Assembly: GCA_001600695.1 (NCBI GenBank)
Contig: BCKQ01000002.1
Location: forward strand, 1,137,184-1,201,183
Direction: 5' to 3'
From: Ascoidea asiatica JCM 7603
Lineage: Eukaryota; Fungi; Ascomycota
DNA: 64,000 nt
Made by a program: the position numbers and the translations under genes. Position 1 is the stretch's first letter. Each line of letters opens with the position of its first letter. Shown here piece by piece: positions 1 to 11,268 of this stretch. The notes under the pieces are model-generated. The model saw only the letters and a list, made by a program, of their open reading frames with translations. It was not told where the DNA came from and did no database searches.

Positions 1-571
1 TACTTTTGGTAAAACTATTTCTATAGATTTTTCATTTACAAGAGGATGCAAATGATTAATAATTGACCTTAACGATGTTATTTACTGGTCTTTGAATATA
101 ATAGAAAGCCTTAAATGAAATCAGCTCAAAACTTTACCAAAAACCTTTTTATATTTGAGGTAAATGAAATAACAAATCATAACGGAAACAATATTCCATA
201 GCCAGGATTGTTAAAAATTTATGGAATTGAATCCTGAGCATGGAAATATGGACACGGAAATATGGAATTTCAGCGTGGCTGAGTATTTCCTATTTAATTT
301 GTACATGGCTTATACCGAGGCTCAGCCACTCCTGGAAAACAGACTCGTCGACAACAAACTTTGTGGAAGTTGAATCTGAGAAAGTGAGACTTCTTTTATG
401 AAAACAGTTGCCAATCAATTATATGTTTATAATCAGCTTTAATTCAATCAATTCAATCAATTCCATTCAAATAGATTCTATTCTGTCAGTTCAATTTATT
501 CATAAATTTTGATAAAATTCAATTCATTTTATCCATTTCAATTCAAATCAGATCAAATCAAGCTATGAAAA

Positions 572-1306
572 ATGTATGATTTTGATGAAGATGCTAATAT
601 TATAGACAATATATGTTTTTCATGTAATAATGTAAAAGCATATACAGTACCAGCTCCAGAAGAACCTTCAGATCCAAATTCTGTATTTACTCAAGATCAA
701 GATTTTGGTCTTTGGAATTTAGAAAATCCAATTTGGAGAGGTAGATTAGAATTACATGAAATTGAAGAAATAATTTCTCAAAATCAAGAAAATGTTAAAA
801 AAAATCCAATTGAATTAATGAAATTAATTTTAACTTTATATAATTATGATGGTTCAATTTTTGCAAAAGTTAATTACATCATTGATGATATTAATTTAAC
901 TAGAAATTATAATATTAAAAATACTTATTCAACTAAATTTTATTTAATTTTTGCTTATACTAAAAATATTAAAAAAATAGCTCTTGGTATACGTTTACCA
1001 ACTTTTGAAGATGTTAATGATTTTACTTCCTCATTATCTTCTTTTAGGAGGCGTTTAAAAGTTTTTGTTGATTCTTATAATGAACAACATGATTCTAAGT
1101 CAAGTAATCAAGATACTAATAGTAGCTCCAATGATAATGATAATCCTAATGATAGCTTTAATGATCTCTCTAGTGATCAGCCTAAGAGTACTTCTCTTAA
1201 AAGGCTAATAGATGATGTTACTCATGATGACAATGAACATAACAATGAAAATGAAGATGATGAAGATGATGATTTTGGAGATTTTGTTAAAAGTTCAAGT
1301 CAGTGA
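572..1306 (+). CDS. NECAP / adaptin ear-binding coat-associated protein (PHear domain)
   Basis: WNLENPIWRGRL, IFA, LGIRLPTFEDVNDFTSSL resemble the NECAP PHear signature (W-L-P-W-GRL ... IGIGF-R-DAFDF--L); acidic C-terminal DDDFGDF adaptor-binding motif. Confidence 0.75.
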   Translation: MYDFDEDANIIDNICFSCNNVKAYTVPAPEEPSDPNSVFTQDQDFGLWNLENPIWRGRLELHEIEEIISQNQENVKKNPIELMKLILTLYNYDGSIFAKVNYIIDDINLTRNYNIKNTYSTKFYLIFAYTKNIKKIALGIRLPTFEDVNDFTSSLSSFRRRLKVFVDSYNEQHDSKSSNQDTNSSSNDNDNPNDSFNDLSSDQPKSTSLKRLIDDVTHDDNEHNNENEDDEDDDFGDFVKSSSQ

Positions 1307-1458
1307 TTTCAATGAGTAATTCTAATATATTCAATTCTACAATTTACCTTTAATAATTAAAATTTATTATTGTTCATACATATATCTACTTGTGTAATAT
1401 GCTTCTATACAATATTTGATATAAAATAATTATTATATAACATTTAGTATATAATATT

Positions 1459-3376
1459 TTAACTATTAAGAATATGCTTCTCATAAAATGTTTCCCATAA
1501 TTCAATACTTTCTTTTTGATTTTCAATCATACCTTCAAGATATGTTTCAACTGCATTTCTAAAATCTTCTGTTTTATTTTTCTCAAAATTTTTTAATTGT
1601 CCTTTGATAATATTTGAAATATTATCAAATTTTAATTTTATATTAATTAATTTATTTTCTGAATTATTTAATTCATTTTTAATCAAATTTAATTTATCAA
1701 TTTGATTTTTATGATTTTTATAAAATTTATCTAAACTTAATTGTTTTTTATTAACTTCAATTTCAATAATTTTTAATTGTTGTAAAATTTTAATTCTTTG
1801 ATTAAATATAACTCTAATTGATCTAATTTCTCTAATATATTCTTCAATTAAATATCCTAATGTTATCATATCTGAACTTGAATTTCTATTTAATAATTCT
1901 TTAATTCTATTTTCAATTTTACTAAATTCAAAAATTAAATTTGATGAATTTTTATTAATTTCTAGATTTGATAAATTTATTAGACTTATAGAAAATTCTT
2001 CTGTTATATTACTAAGTTCTTTTTTTTGTTGAATAACATTTTCTAAAGATTTAAAAAAAATTTTAAAACTAATTTCCAAATTTTCAATATATTCTTTCAT
2101 ATCTTTAAAAAATTCATCAGGTTCAATAATTTTTGTTGAACTAAATGCATTATTAAATGCTCCAGATAATTTAAATGAACTCATAAAACCTCCTCCACTA
2201 CTACTATTACTATTATTATAATTATTATTATTACTATTATCATTATTATCATTATTTTTATTTGTATTAATATTATTATTTGAATCATATAATAAATTTA
2301 AAGAAGAATCTAAAGAATTACTTAAATCATCCAGAATCGAAGAAGCTCCAGAACCTGTAATTCTTTCTCTTTCTTTTGAATCACGATTAAAATTTTGACT
2401 TGTTAAAAACATAATAAAATCTTGATCTTTTTGTAAAATTGGATTTTTTGAAATTTTAATAATCATTTTTTCTAAGAAATATCTTCTATTTTCAATAAAA
2501 TTTTCATTAAATCTACCCATTGCTTGTTTTGAAGGTGGTGGAGGTATTATTATACCTTGATTTGTAGCTTGTAATTGATGATAAATCCATCTAAAATCTC
2601 TATATCTTCTTGAAACAGAAAAACTTTCAAAATGATTAATATTATAAGTATCTATTTGTTTATTAGGTTCATTATTTGTTTGACTATTACTGTTAATGTT
2701 GTTACTGATTGTATTAAGATGAAGAATTTTTGAATTTGTTTTAGATTTAAGAGTATAAACAATATGAGCGGAAGTTAAATCTCCAACTTTCATTGGATCA
2801 CTTAAAGAAATTTCAAATTTATCTAAAGGTTCTTTAAGTTCATTATCATCATCATCTAATTCTTTATTAATTTTATCAATTGAATTATCATCATTAATAA
2901 AATTTTCATTTTCAATTGAATTTTGAAAATGATTTTGATTTTGAATTTTATTATTATTTATATCTAAATTTTTAAAATAATTACCAATTTTTGAATTTAT
3001 TGTAGTTGTAGAGAATGAAGAATCACCAGTTGGGATTTTATTTAAATAATTTAAATTATTATTATTATTATTTGATTGTGGATATAAATCAAATAAAGGA
3101 GCATCAAGAGAATTAAATAAAATTTCAGCTGGAGTTGGTTCTTTTGAAATATTTGAATTTCTTTTATCATTGATTGATAATTTATTTAGATTATCACTTA
3201 ATGGATCATTATTACTCAATTTGTTGTTATTATTATTATTATTATTATTATCAATTTCAATATTTTTATTGATTTCTATTTTTTTATCATTATTATTTAT
3301 TATCGTATTTTTAGATAGACTATTTCTACGATGATGACGATGTCTTTTAGCTTTATACATTTTGAAAGGAGTTAAA

Positions 3377-3417
<41 letters not shown>

Positions 3418-3951
3418 TGAATTCGAATTGGAGATTGAATTAGAGTTAGGTGTAATTGAATTTGATAATATGTTTTTTTCTTGAATTGAGTTATTATCAA
3501 TTAAAGGATCTTTATCGTTATCAATAAATAACATATCATTTGAAGTAATTTTTTTTTTAGAATCATTTATAGAATTTAAAGATTTATTTTGAGAATTTAA
3601 AAAATCATCAGAATTATTATCATTGATATTATCAGTTAATGAAGATAATAATTTATTTTTTGAATTTTCTTTTATAATTGAAACATCATTTGAAATTATA
3701 TTATTCTCATTTTCAATCGTTATACTTTTATTTAAATCACCAATAATATCTAATTTGACATTATCTTTATGATCATTTTTGGTGATTATTTTATTTTTGG
3801 AATTAGAATTTTCTTCATGATCTTCAATGTCTCTAGAAAATGGATTTGATAATGAATCATTTGAATCTTGAACTTTGTCATAAGGAGACGCAAAAGCATC
3901 ATCCTGAAAGATATTTGAAGACTCCCAATGAGAAGAAGTTAAATCTTCCAT
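1459..3951 (-). CDS. VPS5: Retromer sorting nexin (PX + BAR)
   Basis: DPMKVGDLTSAHIVY, VSRRYRDFRW, IIPPPPSKQAMGRFNENFIENRR PX motifs; C-terminal QKESIELWETFY typical of Vps5; poly-Asn N-terminus. Confidence 0.93.
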
Positions 3952-4506
3952 ATTATATAGATCTTTAAAGTAATTGTAATTGTATTTCAGATAGTGATTG
4001 ATAAAGCAATTGTAGTTGCAAATACTGAAATATATCCCAATTAAAATACTTCTATGATCTGGATAAAGATTAAATTGAGTCCAGAATGCTTTCTTTTCCA
4101 GCTTGAGAACAACAAATCAAGAGTGCAGCAGTTGTAAAAGCAGAGCTGGAGTTACTGCCAGTTGAGATTCAAATGTCGTTACTGCTGCCGTTACCGTCCA
4201 AGCAGTACTTTGATACTCTTCTGATACTCGAAGTGATAAGTATTATGTAATGTCACAGGGTATGGATAAAGTTATTACCGTAGCAAGGATATGGAAGTAC
4301 TTTTTATTTATTTATCCGTATCACGTAAGATTTAATAAAAAGTGACTCAGCAAGATATTTGTGACCCGCTGCAATGGTTTGGTTTGATTGAGAATTTGAA
4401 AATTCCAAAAGCCCAACAATTTTCATATCAGTTCATATTTTGATTTGTAGCCGGCTTGAAGTCTTATCCCTTAGATCGAGAAACTTGCCGTCTTTAGTCG
4501 TTCCGT

Positions 4507-4514
4507 GTCACGTG
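4507..4514. promoter_or_regulatory. Cbf1-type E-box GTCACGTG in the VPS5/FAD2 divergent promoter
   Basis: Exact RTCACGTG match; the same motif recurs in other promoters (48955, 56502, 63217; TCACGTG at 17550). Confidence 0.55.
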
Positions 4515-4947
4515 TAATAGAAAAAAGCACGTTAATAAGTATAAAATCAGGACATTTATTACTGTAAATAAGATTTATTATTTTGAATAACCTTATAGAT
4601 ATGATACAGATATATCTCGTTTATATCAAGTATTGTATGCAGCAGAATCTGTGGTTTAAGAGAACCGGTGTCTGATATTCATATTTCCAATCACTTTATC
4701 TTTATTCGGTTGAAAAAGAAATCAGATTATTTTAATCGATAAAATATTTGTTGCATGAATTCAGATTTAGCATAAACTTTTTTTTTCCATTTTTTTAGAA
4801 GCATTTATATAATTATTCTTTCCCAGTAAAGTTAATCAATAAATTAATTCTTTTTTTTTTTAGAATTATCATATTTTTTTTTTTTTAGAAAGATAAGTGA
4901 TTTTATTCTTAAAATCTATTATATTTATTCCCTTACACTCACATTTT

Positions 4948-4953
<6 letters not shown>

Positions 4954-4979
<26 letters not shown>
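4954..4979. repeat. (AT)13 microsatellite 11 nt upstream of the FAD2 ATG
   Basis: Read directly from the sequence. Confidence 0.95.
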
Positions 4980-4990
4980 CTGATAGAAAA

Positions 4991-6271
4991 ATGTCTGCAA
5001 CCACTGTTACTGGTTCAGGCAATCAAGGTAATTGTCAAGGAACTGCAATTTCAACTTCAACTTCAACTTCAACTAAAAGAAGTGGAAATGTTACCTCATT
5101 AAATAATAATCAAGAACATAAAACTGCAATTGATACTTATGGAAATGTATTTGAAGTTCCTGATTATTCAATTAAAGATATTTTAAGTGCAATTCCAAAA
5201 CGTTGTTATGAAAGAATATGGTATGAAGGTTTATATTATGTTTTTAGAGATATTGCTTGTATGTTAACTATTGGTTATATTGGTAATAATTATATACCTT
5301 TAATACCAAATCAATTCATAAGAGCTTTATCATGGTTTTCATATGCAACTATTCAAGGTTTACTTGGTACTGGACTTTGGGTTTTAAGTCATGAATGTGG
5401 ACATCGTGCATTTTCTGATTATGAATGGTTAGATTCAACTGTTGGATGGATTTTACATAGTTATTTATTAGTTCCATTTTTTAGTTGGAAATTTTCTCAT
5501 GGTAAACATCATAAAGCAACTGGTCATTTAACAAGAGATATGGTATTTGTACCAAAAACAAAAGAACAATTTTTAAAATCAAGAGGTGTTGAAAAACTTA
5601 AAGATTTATCTCAAGATTCTCCAATTGTAAGTTTATATGGTTTACTTGTACAACAATTTGGTGGATGGATTGCATATCTTTTTACTAATGTCAGTGGTCA
5701 ACCACATCCAGGTGTATCTGCATGGAAAACTAATCATTTTCATCCAGCTGGTGCAATATTTGAAGAAAAAGATTATTGGTATGTTTTTTTATCTGATGTT
5801 GGTATTATTATTCAATTAGGTATAATATATATGTGGATTCAAACTTATGGAATTTGGAATTGGTTTATAAATTGGTTTTTACCATATATTTGGGTTAATC
5901 ATTGGTTAGTTTTTATTACTTTCTTACAACATACTGATCCAACAATGCCTCATTATGATGCAGATGAATGGAATTTTGCAAAAGGTGCAGCTGCAACCAT
6001 TGATAGAGAATTTGGTTTTGTTGGTAAACACATATTTCATGATATTATTGAAACTCATGTTTTACATCATTATTGTTCAAGAATTCCATTTTATAATGCA
6101 AGAGAAGCAAGTGAATCTATTAAAAAAGTTATGGGACAACATTATAAACATACTGATGAAAATATGTGGGTTAGTTTATGGAAAACTGCAAGATGGTGTC
6201 AATTTGTTGATGGTGATAATGGTGTAAGAATGTACAGAAATATTAATAATTTAGGTCCAAGTGCCGAATAA
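4991..6271 (+). CDS. FAD2: Delta-12 (omega-6) fatty acid desaturase
   Basis: Three His boxes HECGH, HGKHH, HVLHH; HKATGHLTRDMVFVPKT and GAAATIDREFGFVGKHIFHDIIETH as in yeast Fad2. Confidence 0.9.
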   Translation: MSATTVTGSGNQGNCQGTAISTSTSTSTKRSGNVTSLNNNQEHKTAIDTYGNVFEVPDYSIKDILSAIPKRCYERIWYEGLYYVFRDIACMLTIGYIGNNYIPLIPNQFIRALSWFSYATIQGLLGTGLWVLSHECGHRAFSDYEWLDSTVGWILHSYLLVPFFSWKFSHGKHHKATGHLTRDMVFVPKTKEQFLKSRGVEKLKDLSQDSPIVSLYGLLVQQFGGWIAYLFTNVSGQPHPGVSAWKTNHFHPAGAIFEEKDYWYVFLSDVGIIIQLGIIYMWIQTYGIWNWFINWFLPYIWVNHWLVFITFLQHTDPTMPHYDADEWNFAKGAAATIDREFGFVGKHIFHDIIETHVLHHYCSRIPFYNAREASESIKKVMGQHYKHTDENMWVSLWKTARWCQFVDGDNGVRMYRNINNLGPSAE

Positions 6272-6532
6272 ATTAAAAAGTTTTGAACCAAAATAAAAGA
6301 AAAAAAAAAAAAAGAAAGTGAATGGGTTTTTTTTTTAACTGGATGGGCGTGTTTTTTTTCGATAAACAAGATAAGAAATTGAGTAACTATAAATTATAAA
6401 TTATAAACTAAAAAAACAAAAGCAAACCATTTCCTTAAATATATTACAAAAAAATAAAAAGAAATTTCATTAATATTCTTTTTGTTTATTGTTAGATTTG
6501 AATAGAGTAAATATCATTTATTTAGAAATACA

Positions 6533-6574
<42 letters not shown>

Positions 6575-6968
6575 ATTAATATTATTATGATCTACCGAAG
6601 GTATATGTATAAGCCTCCATGTGGCGTTTACACGCGGCGAGAATTAAAGGGTCATTGCGGAAACAGTAACGCCACTTCCACTCCGGCGATAGCGTTGAAA
6701 TGATTAACGACGTTCCAGTTCTCTCCTGGGTTTGTTGTTTTCAATTTGAGAAGAAGCAACAGCCTCCAGCGCAAACAAACTATCAACAATCAATAACCAA
6801 TAATCAATGTCTATCAATGATCAAAATAAATCAGAATCAAAAGTATAATATTTAAAAATCTATAAGATAATAATATAATATAATATAATATAATTTAATA
6901 TAATATAAAATATTCATTCATTTAACAAACTTTGACTTTCAATAATATATTAGCTTAATTTATTAAAA

Positions 6969-8543
6969 ATGCCTAGTAAATTAGTACGTTCAGTTAAAAA
7001 TGCTGTAAGTGGTTACAGTTCTGTTCAAATTATGGTCAGAAATGCAACTGCAAATGAACCAAATGGTCCAAGTACTTCTGAAATGCAACTTATTGCTGAA
7101 CATTCATATAGTGGTGCTGAATTTTATGATTTAATGGATATGATAGATAAAAGATTAAATGATAAAGGTAAATATTGGAGACATGTTGCAAAAGCTTTAA
7201 CTTTATTAGATTATTTAGTTAGATTTGGTTCTGAAAATGTTGTACTTTGGTCAAAAGAAAATTTATATATTATTAAAACTTTAAGAGAATTCACTTATAC
7301 TGATGATACTGGTTATGATCAAGGTGGAATAATAAGAACAAAAGCAAAAGAATTAACTTCTTTATTATTAGATGATGATAGATTAAATTCAGAAAGAAGA
7401 GAAAGACTGGGTAATCGTTCTCATCATAATATTAATAGTACTGATGATAGTCTCAATAGTAATAATAGTAACAATAACAATATTAATAATAATAATCATC
7501 CAAAAAGAAGAAATAGAGGAGCAGATGGTGAATATGAAGAAGATTTACAAGCTGCTTTAGAACAAAGTAAAAGAACTGCAGAAGAAGATGATAGAAGAAG
7601 AAGACGAAGATGTAATGATGATGATGATGAAAGTTTACAAGCTGTAATCAAATTATCAAAAGAAGAAGAAGAAATGAAAAGAATGAAAGAAATTCAACAA
7701 CAAAATTTATTAGATCTTGATGACGATGAAGATAATAATAATCAAAATCAAAATCAAACTCAATCAGCTTATCAATTAGCTTTTATCCAACAACAACAGC
7801 AACAACCATTTATGCAAGTTGATATGTTTGGAAATCCAATAACTTATGCTCAACAAAATCCAGTAGGTACTGGATTCTTACAAAATGCTTATGCAACTGG
7901 TATGAATGTAAATCCTTATCAACAACAACAAGATCAAAATTTGGCATATCAACAACAACAGCAACAATTATATCTTCAACAACAGCAACAATTATTGCAA
8001 CAACAACAACAACAACAACAACAACAGTTCCTAGAACCTTTGAAAACTGGATCTCATAATCCTTTTGCATTTGGTGCCCCACAACCTCAATCTCAACCAC
8101 AACAACAACAACCCCAACAGAATTTTTTTGACATATCTCAATATCAACAGCAACAACAACCTCAAGAATTTCAACAACAACAACAACCTCAACAACAACA
8201 ACAACCTTTAACTCAAACTTTAACAGGTCAACAAAAAATGAATGCAAAACATGCTGAATTAAATGCTTTATTAGCTCAAGGAACTGGAATAGATACTTTT
8301 GGTAATGAAGGTGATTTAAGAATACCACAACAACATACTAAAACTGCTCAATTTATTAATAGTTCAGGAACTGGTTATAAACAAGAATCAAATTCTAATC
8401 CTTCAAATCCATTTTTTGGTTCTCAATATACTGGTATGCCAAATTCAAATATTGTTCCTTCTTATACAGGTTATGGTTTTGGTAATGCTCCAAATAAAAC
8501 TCAAAATCAATCAAATCAAGAAATGAATTTAATTGATATATAA
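6969..8543 (+). CDS. ENT2: Epsin (ENTH, two UIMs, Q-rich region, NPF motifs, clathrin box)
   Basis: ENTH RLNDKGKYWRHVAKALTLLDYL; UIMs EEDLQAALEQSK and ESLQAVIKLSKEEEE; NPF x2; C-terminal LIDI. Ortholog of Ent1/Ent2. Confidence 0.93.
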   Translation: MPSKLVRSVKNAVSGYSSVQIMVRNATANEPNGPSTSEMQLIAEHSYSGAEFYDLMDMIDKRLNDKGKYWRHVAKALTLLDYLVRFGSENVVLWSKENLYIIKTLREFTYTDDTGYDQGGIIRTKAKELTSLLLDDDRLNSERRERLGNRSHHNINSTDDSLNSNNSNNNNINNNNHPKRRNRGADGEYEEDLQAALEQSKRTAEEDDRRRRRRCNDDDDESLQAVIKLSKEEEEMKRMKEIQQQNLLDLDDDEDNNNQNQNQTQSAYQLAFIQQQQQQPFMQVDMFGNPITYAQQNPVGTGFLQNAYATGMNVNPYQQQQDQNLAYQQQQQQLYLQQQQQLLQQQQQQQQQQFLEPLKTGSHNPFAFGAPQPQSQPQQQQPQQNFFDISQYQQQQQPQEFQQQQQPQQQQQPLTQTLTGQQKMNAKHAELNALLAQGTGIDTFGNEGDLRIPQQHTKTAQFINSSGTGYKQESNSNPSNPFFGSQYTGMPNSNIVPSYTGYGFGNAPNKTQNQSNQEMNLIDI

Positions 8544-8964
8544 TCTGTAAATCAATAACTCAAAAGATCAATAAATCAAATTAAGCACCTCAATAACCAA
8601 TAACCAATATCCATCAACAAATACATAATAATAAATTAATCAATAAATTACTTAATTAATAAAAATCCATGAACAAATCATTCGCTCTAGATCTTTTGTT
8701 TACAAAAATTGCTGCTTTTGTTAATTGGTTTTCTTTTAAGAAATTTGTATATATTAGTATTTTCTTTTCTTTCTTTCTTTTGTGCGTTTAAAATAGACTC
8801 TTTTGAATAAAATTAATTTTCTTAAACACAAAAAAAAATAATAAAAATCAAGAAAACAGATAAGTTCTCAAATCATTGTTTATTCGTAATAGATTATATG
8901 AAATTCAATTCTATAATAAATTTATTAATTTTTATATTTATATTTATATTATAATATAACTTTT

Positions 8965-10698
8965 CTATGGTTTTAAAAATTTTTGAACGATAACATTCTC
9001 AGATACATCACAATATCTATAGTTTAGATTATCTAAAAATTCTTGAAATTTTTTATCATCTTCCTTTGGAACATCTAGTCCTGCTAATACTTGTGCCATA
9101 TCTGATCCATGATTTCTATAATGAAATAAGGTTAAATTCCATTGACCTTTTAAATTCTCTAAAAATTTAGTTAAAGCTCCTGGTTTTTCAGGAAATTCAA
9201 AACTTAATAATCTTTCTCCGGGAATATTTGGACTACCTCCAACAAGATATCTACCATGAGATTTTGCAATTTCATTATTTGAAATATCAATAGCAGAAAA
9301 TCCAATTTTTTCCAATTTTTCAACAACTTCATGAATATCTTCATTTCTATTTTTTACACTAAATGAAGTATATATACAAGCTGGAATTGGTTCTCCATTA
9401 GTAGATTGTAATGAAGATTTTTCATTATAACGATAAGAAAATTCAGTTACAGATCTTGGATGTATAATAGATTGTAATTTTTGAAAAGATCCTGGAATAT
9501 CAGGTATTGTTATCAACATAAAAACTTCTTTACCTTCACCAAGAACAGCTCTTTCACTTACAAATCTTAATCTATCAAAATTCATATTTGCACCAGATAA
9601 TACAGGAACATAAGTTTTTTTAGAATGATCAATTTTTGGATTTTCAGCAATATATTTTTTCATACCAGCAACAGTCATTGCTCCGGATGGTTCAACAACA
9701 GATCTTGTATCTTCAAATACATCTTTAATTGCAGCACAAATTTCATCAGTATTTACACGAATAACTTCATCAACATTTTCCATACATATACGAGTAGTTT
9801 CAATACCCATATTTTTAACAGCAGTTCCATCAGCAAAACTTCCAACTGAATCAAGTATAACATGTTTTCCAGTTTTCTTAGATTGGTATAAAGCATCAGC
9901 ATCATAAGTTTCAACACCTATCACTTTAACATTAGGAGCAATACGTTTAAGATAAGAAGATACACCAGCAATTAAACCACCACCACCAACAGCACAAAAC
10001 ACTGCTGATAGACTACCACATTTAATTTGTCTTAATAATTCTAAAGCAATAGTTCCTTGACCTGCAATAACCAAAGGATGATCAAAAGGTGGAATATTTG
10101 TCAAATCATGTTCTTTTGTAAGTTTTGCACATTGTTCTTTTGCACTATCAAAATCTTCACCAAATAATACAACATTTGCACCAAGTCTACTTACGTTTGT
10201 AAATTTTATAGAAGGAGTTGCGAGTGGCATAACGATTGTGGATTTAATGCCTAATCTTTTACTAGAATAAGCAACACCTTGAGCATGATTTCCAGCAGAA
10301 CAAGCAATAACACCTTTTGCTTTTTTATCATCTGGTAAATTGGCAATCATATTATAAGCACCTCTTAATTTAAATGAAAAAACAGGTAATAAATCTTCTC
10401 TTTTCAAAAAAACATTAGAATTAGTTTTGGCAGATAAAGAATAAGCATTGGTTATTGGTGATTCATCTATAACATCATAAACTCTAGAAGTTAAAATCAT
10501 TCTTACATAATCTGGTTCACCATTTGGTAATAAATTTTCTGGATTTAAATCTGGAAAAGTAGATGATTTTACTGTTGAATTGAATCTAGCCAAAACACTT
10601 TTTTGATTATTTATATTATACAGGTTATGAAAATGAGATTTTGAGGAAAGTACAGTCCTTGATATTTTTTGAAGCAAAGCCTCATTTAGCAAAACCAT
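8965..10698 (-). CDS. ILV1: Threonine dehydratase, mitochondrial
   Basis: LKREDLLPVFSFKLRGAYN (PLP lysine), SAGNHAQG, VGGGGL, SGANMNFDRLRF, regulatory domain; basic presequence. Confidence 0.97.
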   Translation of the reverse strand: MVLLNEALLQKISRTVLSSKSHFHNLYNINNQKSVLARFNSTVKSSTFPDLNPENLLPNGEPDYVRMILTSRVYDVIDESPITNAYSLSAKTNSNVFLKREDLLPVFSFKLRGAYNMIANLPDDKKAKGVIACSAGNHAQGVAYSSKRLGIKSTIVMPLATPSIKFTNVSRLGANVVLFGEDFDSAKEQCAKLTKEHDLTNIPPFDHPLVIAGQGTIALELLRQIKCGSLSAVFCAVGGGGLIAGVSSYLKRIAPNVKVIGVETYDADALYQSKKTGKHVILDSVGSFADGTAVKNMGIETTRICMENVDEVIRVNTDEICAAIKDVFEDTRSVVEPSGAMTVAGMKKYIAENPKIDHSKKTYVPVLSGANMNFDRLRFVSERAVLGEGKEVFMLITIPDIPGSFQKLQSIIHPRSVTEFSYRYNEKSSLQSTNGEPIPACIYTSFSVKNRNEDIHEVVEKLEKIGFSAIDISNNEIAKSHGRYLVGGSPNIPGERLLSFEFPEKPGALTKFLENLKGQWNLTLFHYRNHGSDMAQVLAGLDVPKEDDKKFQEFLDNLNYRYCDVSENVIVQKFLKP

Positions 10699-10941
10699 TT
10701 GATGAAAGTTATTAATTTACAGATAATTTATTCTTGAAATACAGTAGAAGTGAAATTTAATTGAAAGTGAAAAAAAAAAAATAAAAGAATCGAAGTAAGT
10801 AAAGTCAAATAAATTGAGATGAAAAAGTGAAGAAGAAAATTATTTATTTTTATAAGTTTTAAGGATTGAAAATAAAAATGTCTTATCTTTGAATAATTAG
10901 TTGTAAATGGAGTGAAATATCTTTCAAAACACAGTAATTTT

Positions 10942-10950
10942 ATGACTCAA
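10942..10950. promoter_or_regulatory. Gcn4 response element (ATGACTCAA) upstream of ILV1
   Basis: TGACTCA core about 245 nt upstream of an amino-acid biosynthetic gene that is a classical Gcn4 target. Confidence 0.65.
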
Positions 10951-11268
10951 AGATTGAAAAATTTCGAGACCCAGTAACGCCATAGTCTATGAGAATATTA
11001 AATAACGTTAAATAAACTTGTTTGAGACATTTCATACAAATAAGGGTTTAGGACAAATAAGCACGATATTTCGGGGGATCGTAGTTAATATCGGGAGGCG
11101 TATGTGGGGCTGTCCTAACTTAGGCTTATGAAAGTAACCCGGAAATAAATCTAAATTTGATTGCGTTTTACAGTGATAAAGATGGGCGATAAAGAGATGA
11201 TAATTTGAATTGGTTTGAATTGTTTTGAAGAGATTCATTATCCACAAATTGAATATATTAATTAAACT

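Noticed and set aside
574-605. Possible mini-intron GTATGA...GCTAAT...TAG
   Set aside because: Only 32 nt long, and splicing from the 565 ATG leads to an early stop
7810-8328. 172-aa poly-Val antisense ORF
   Set aside because: Mirror image of the CAA (poly-Gln) repeats of epsin
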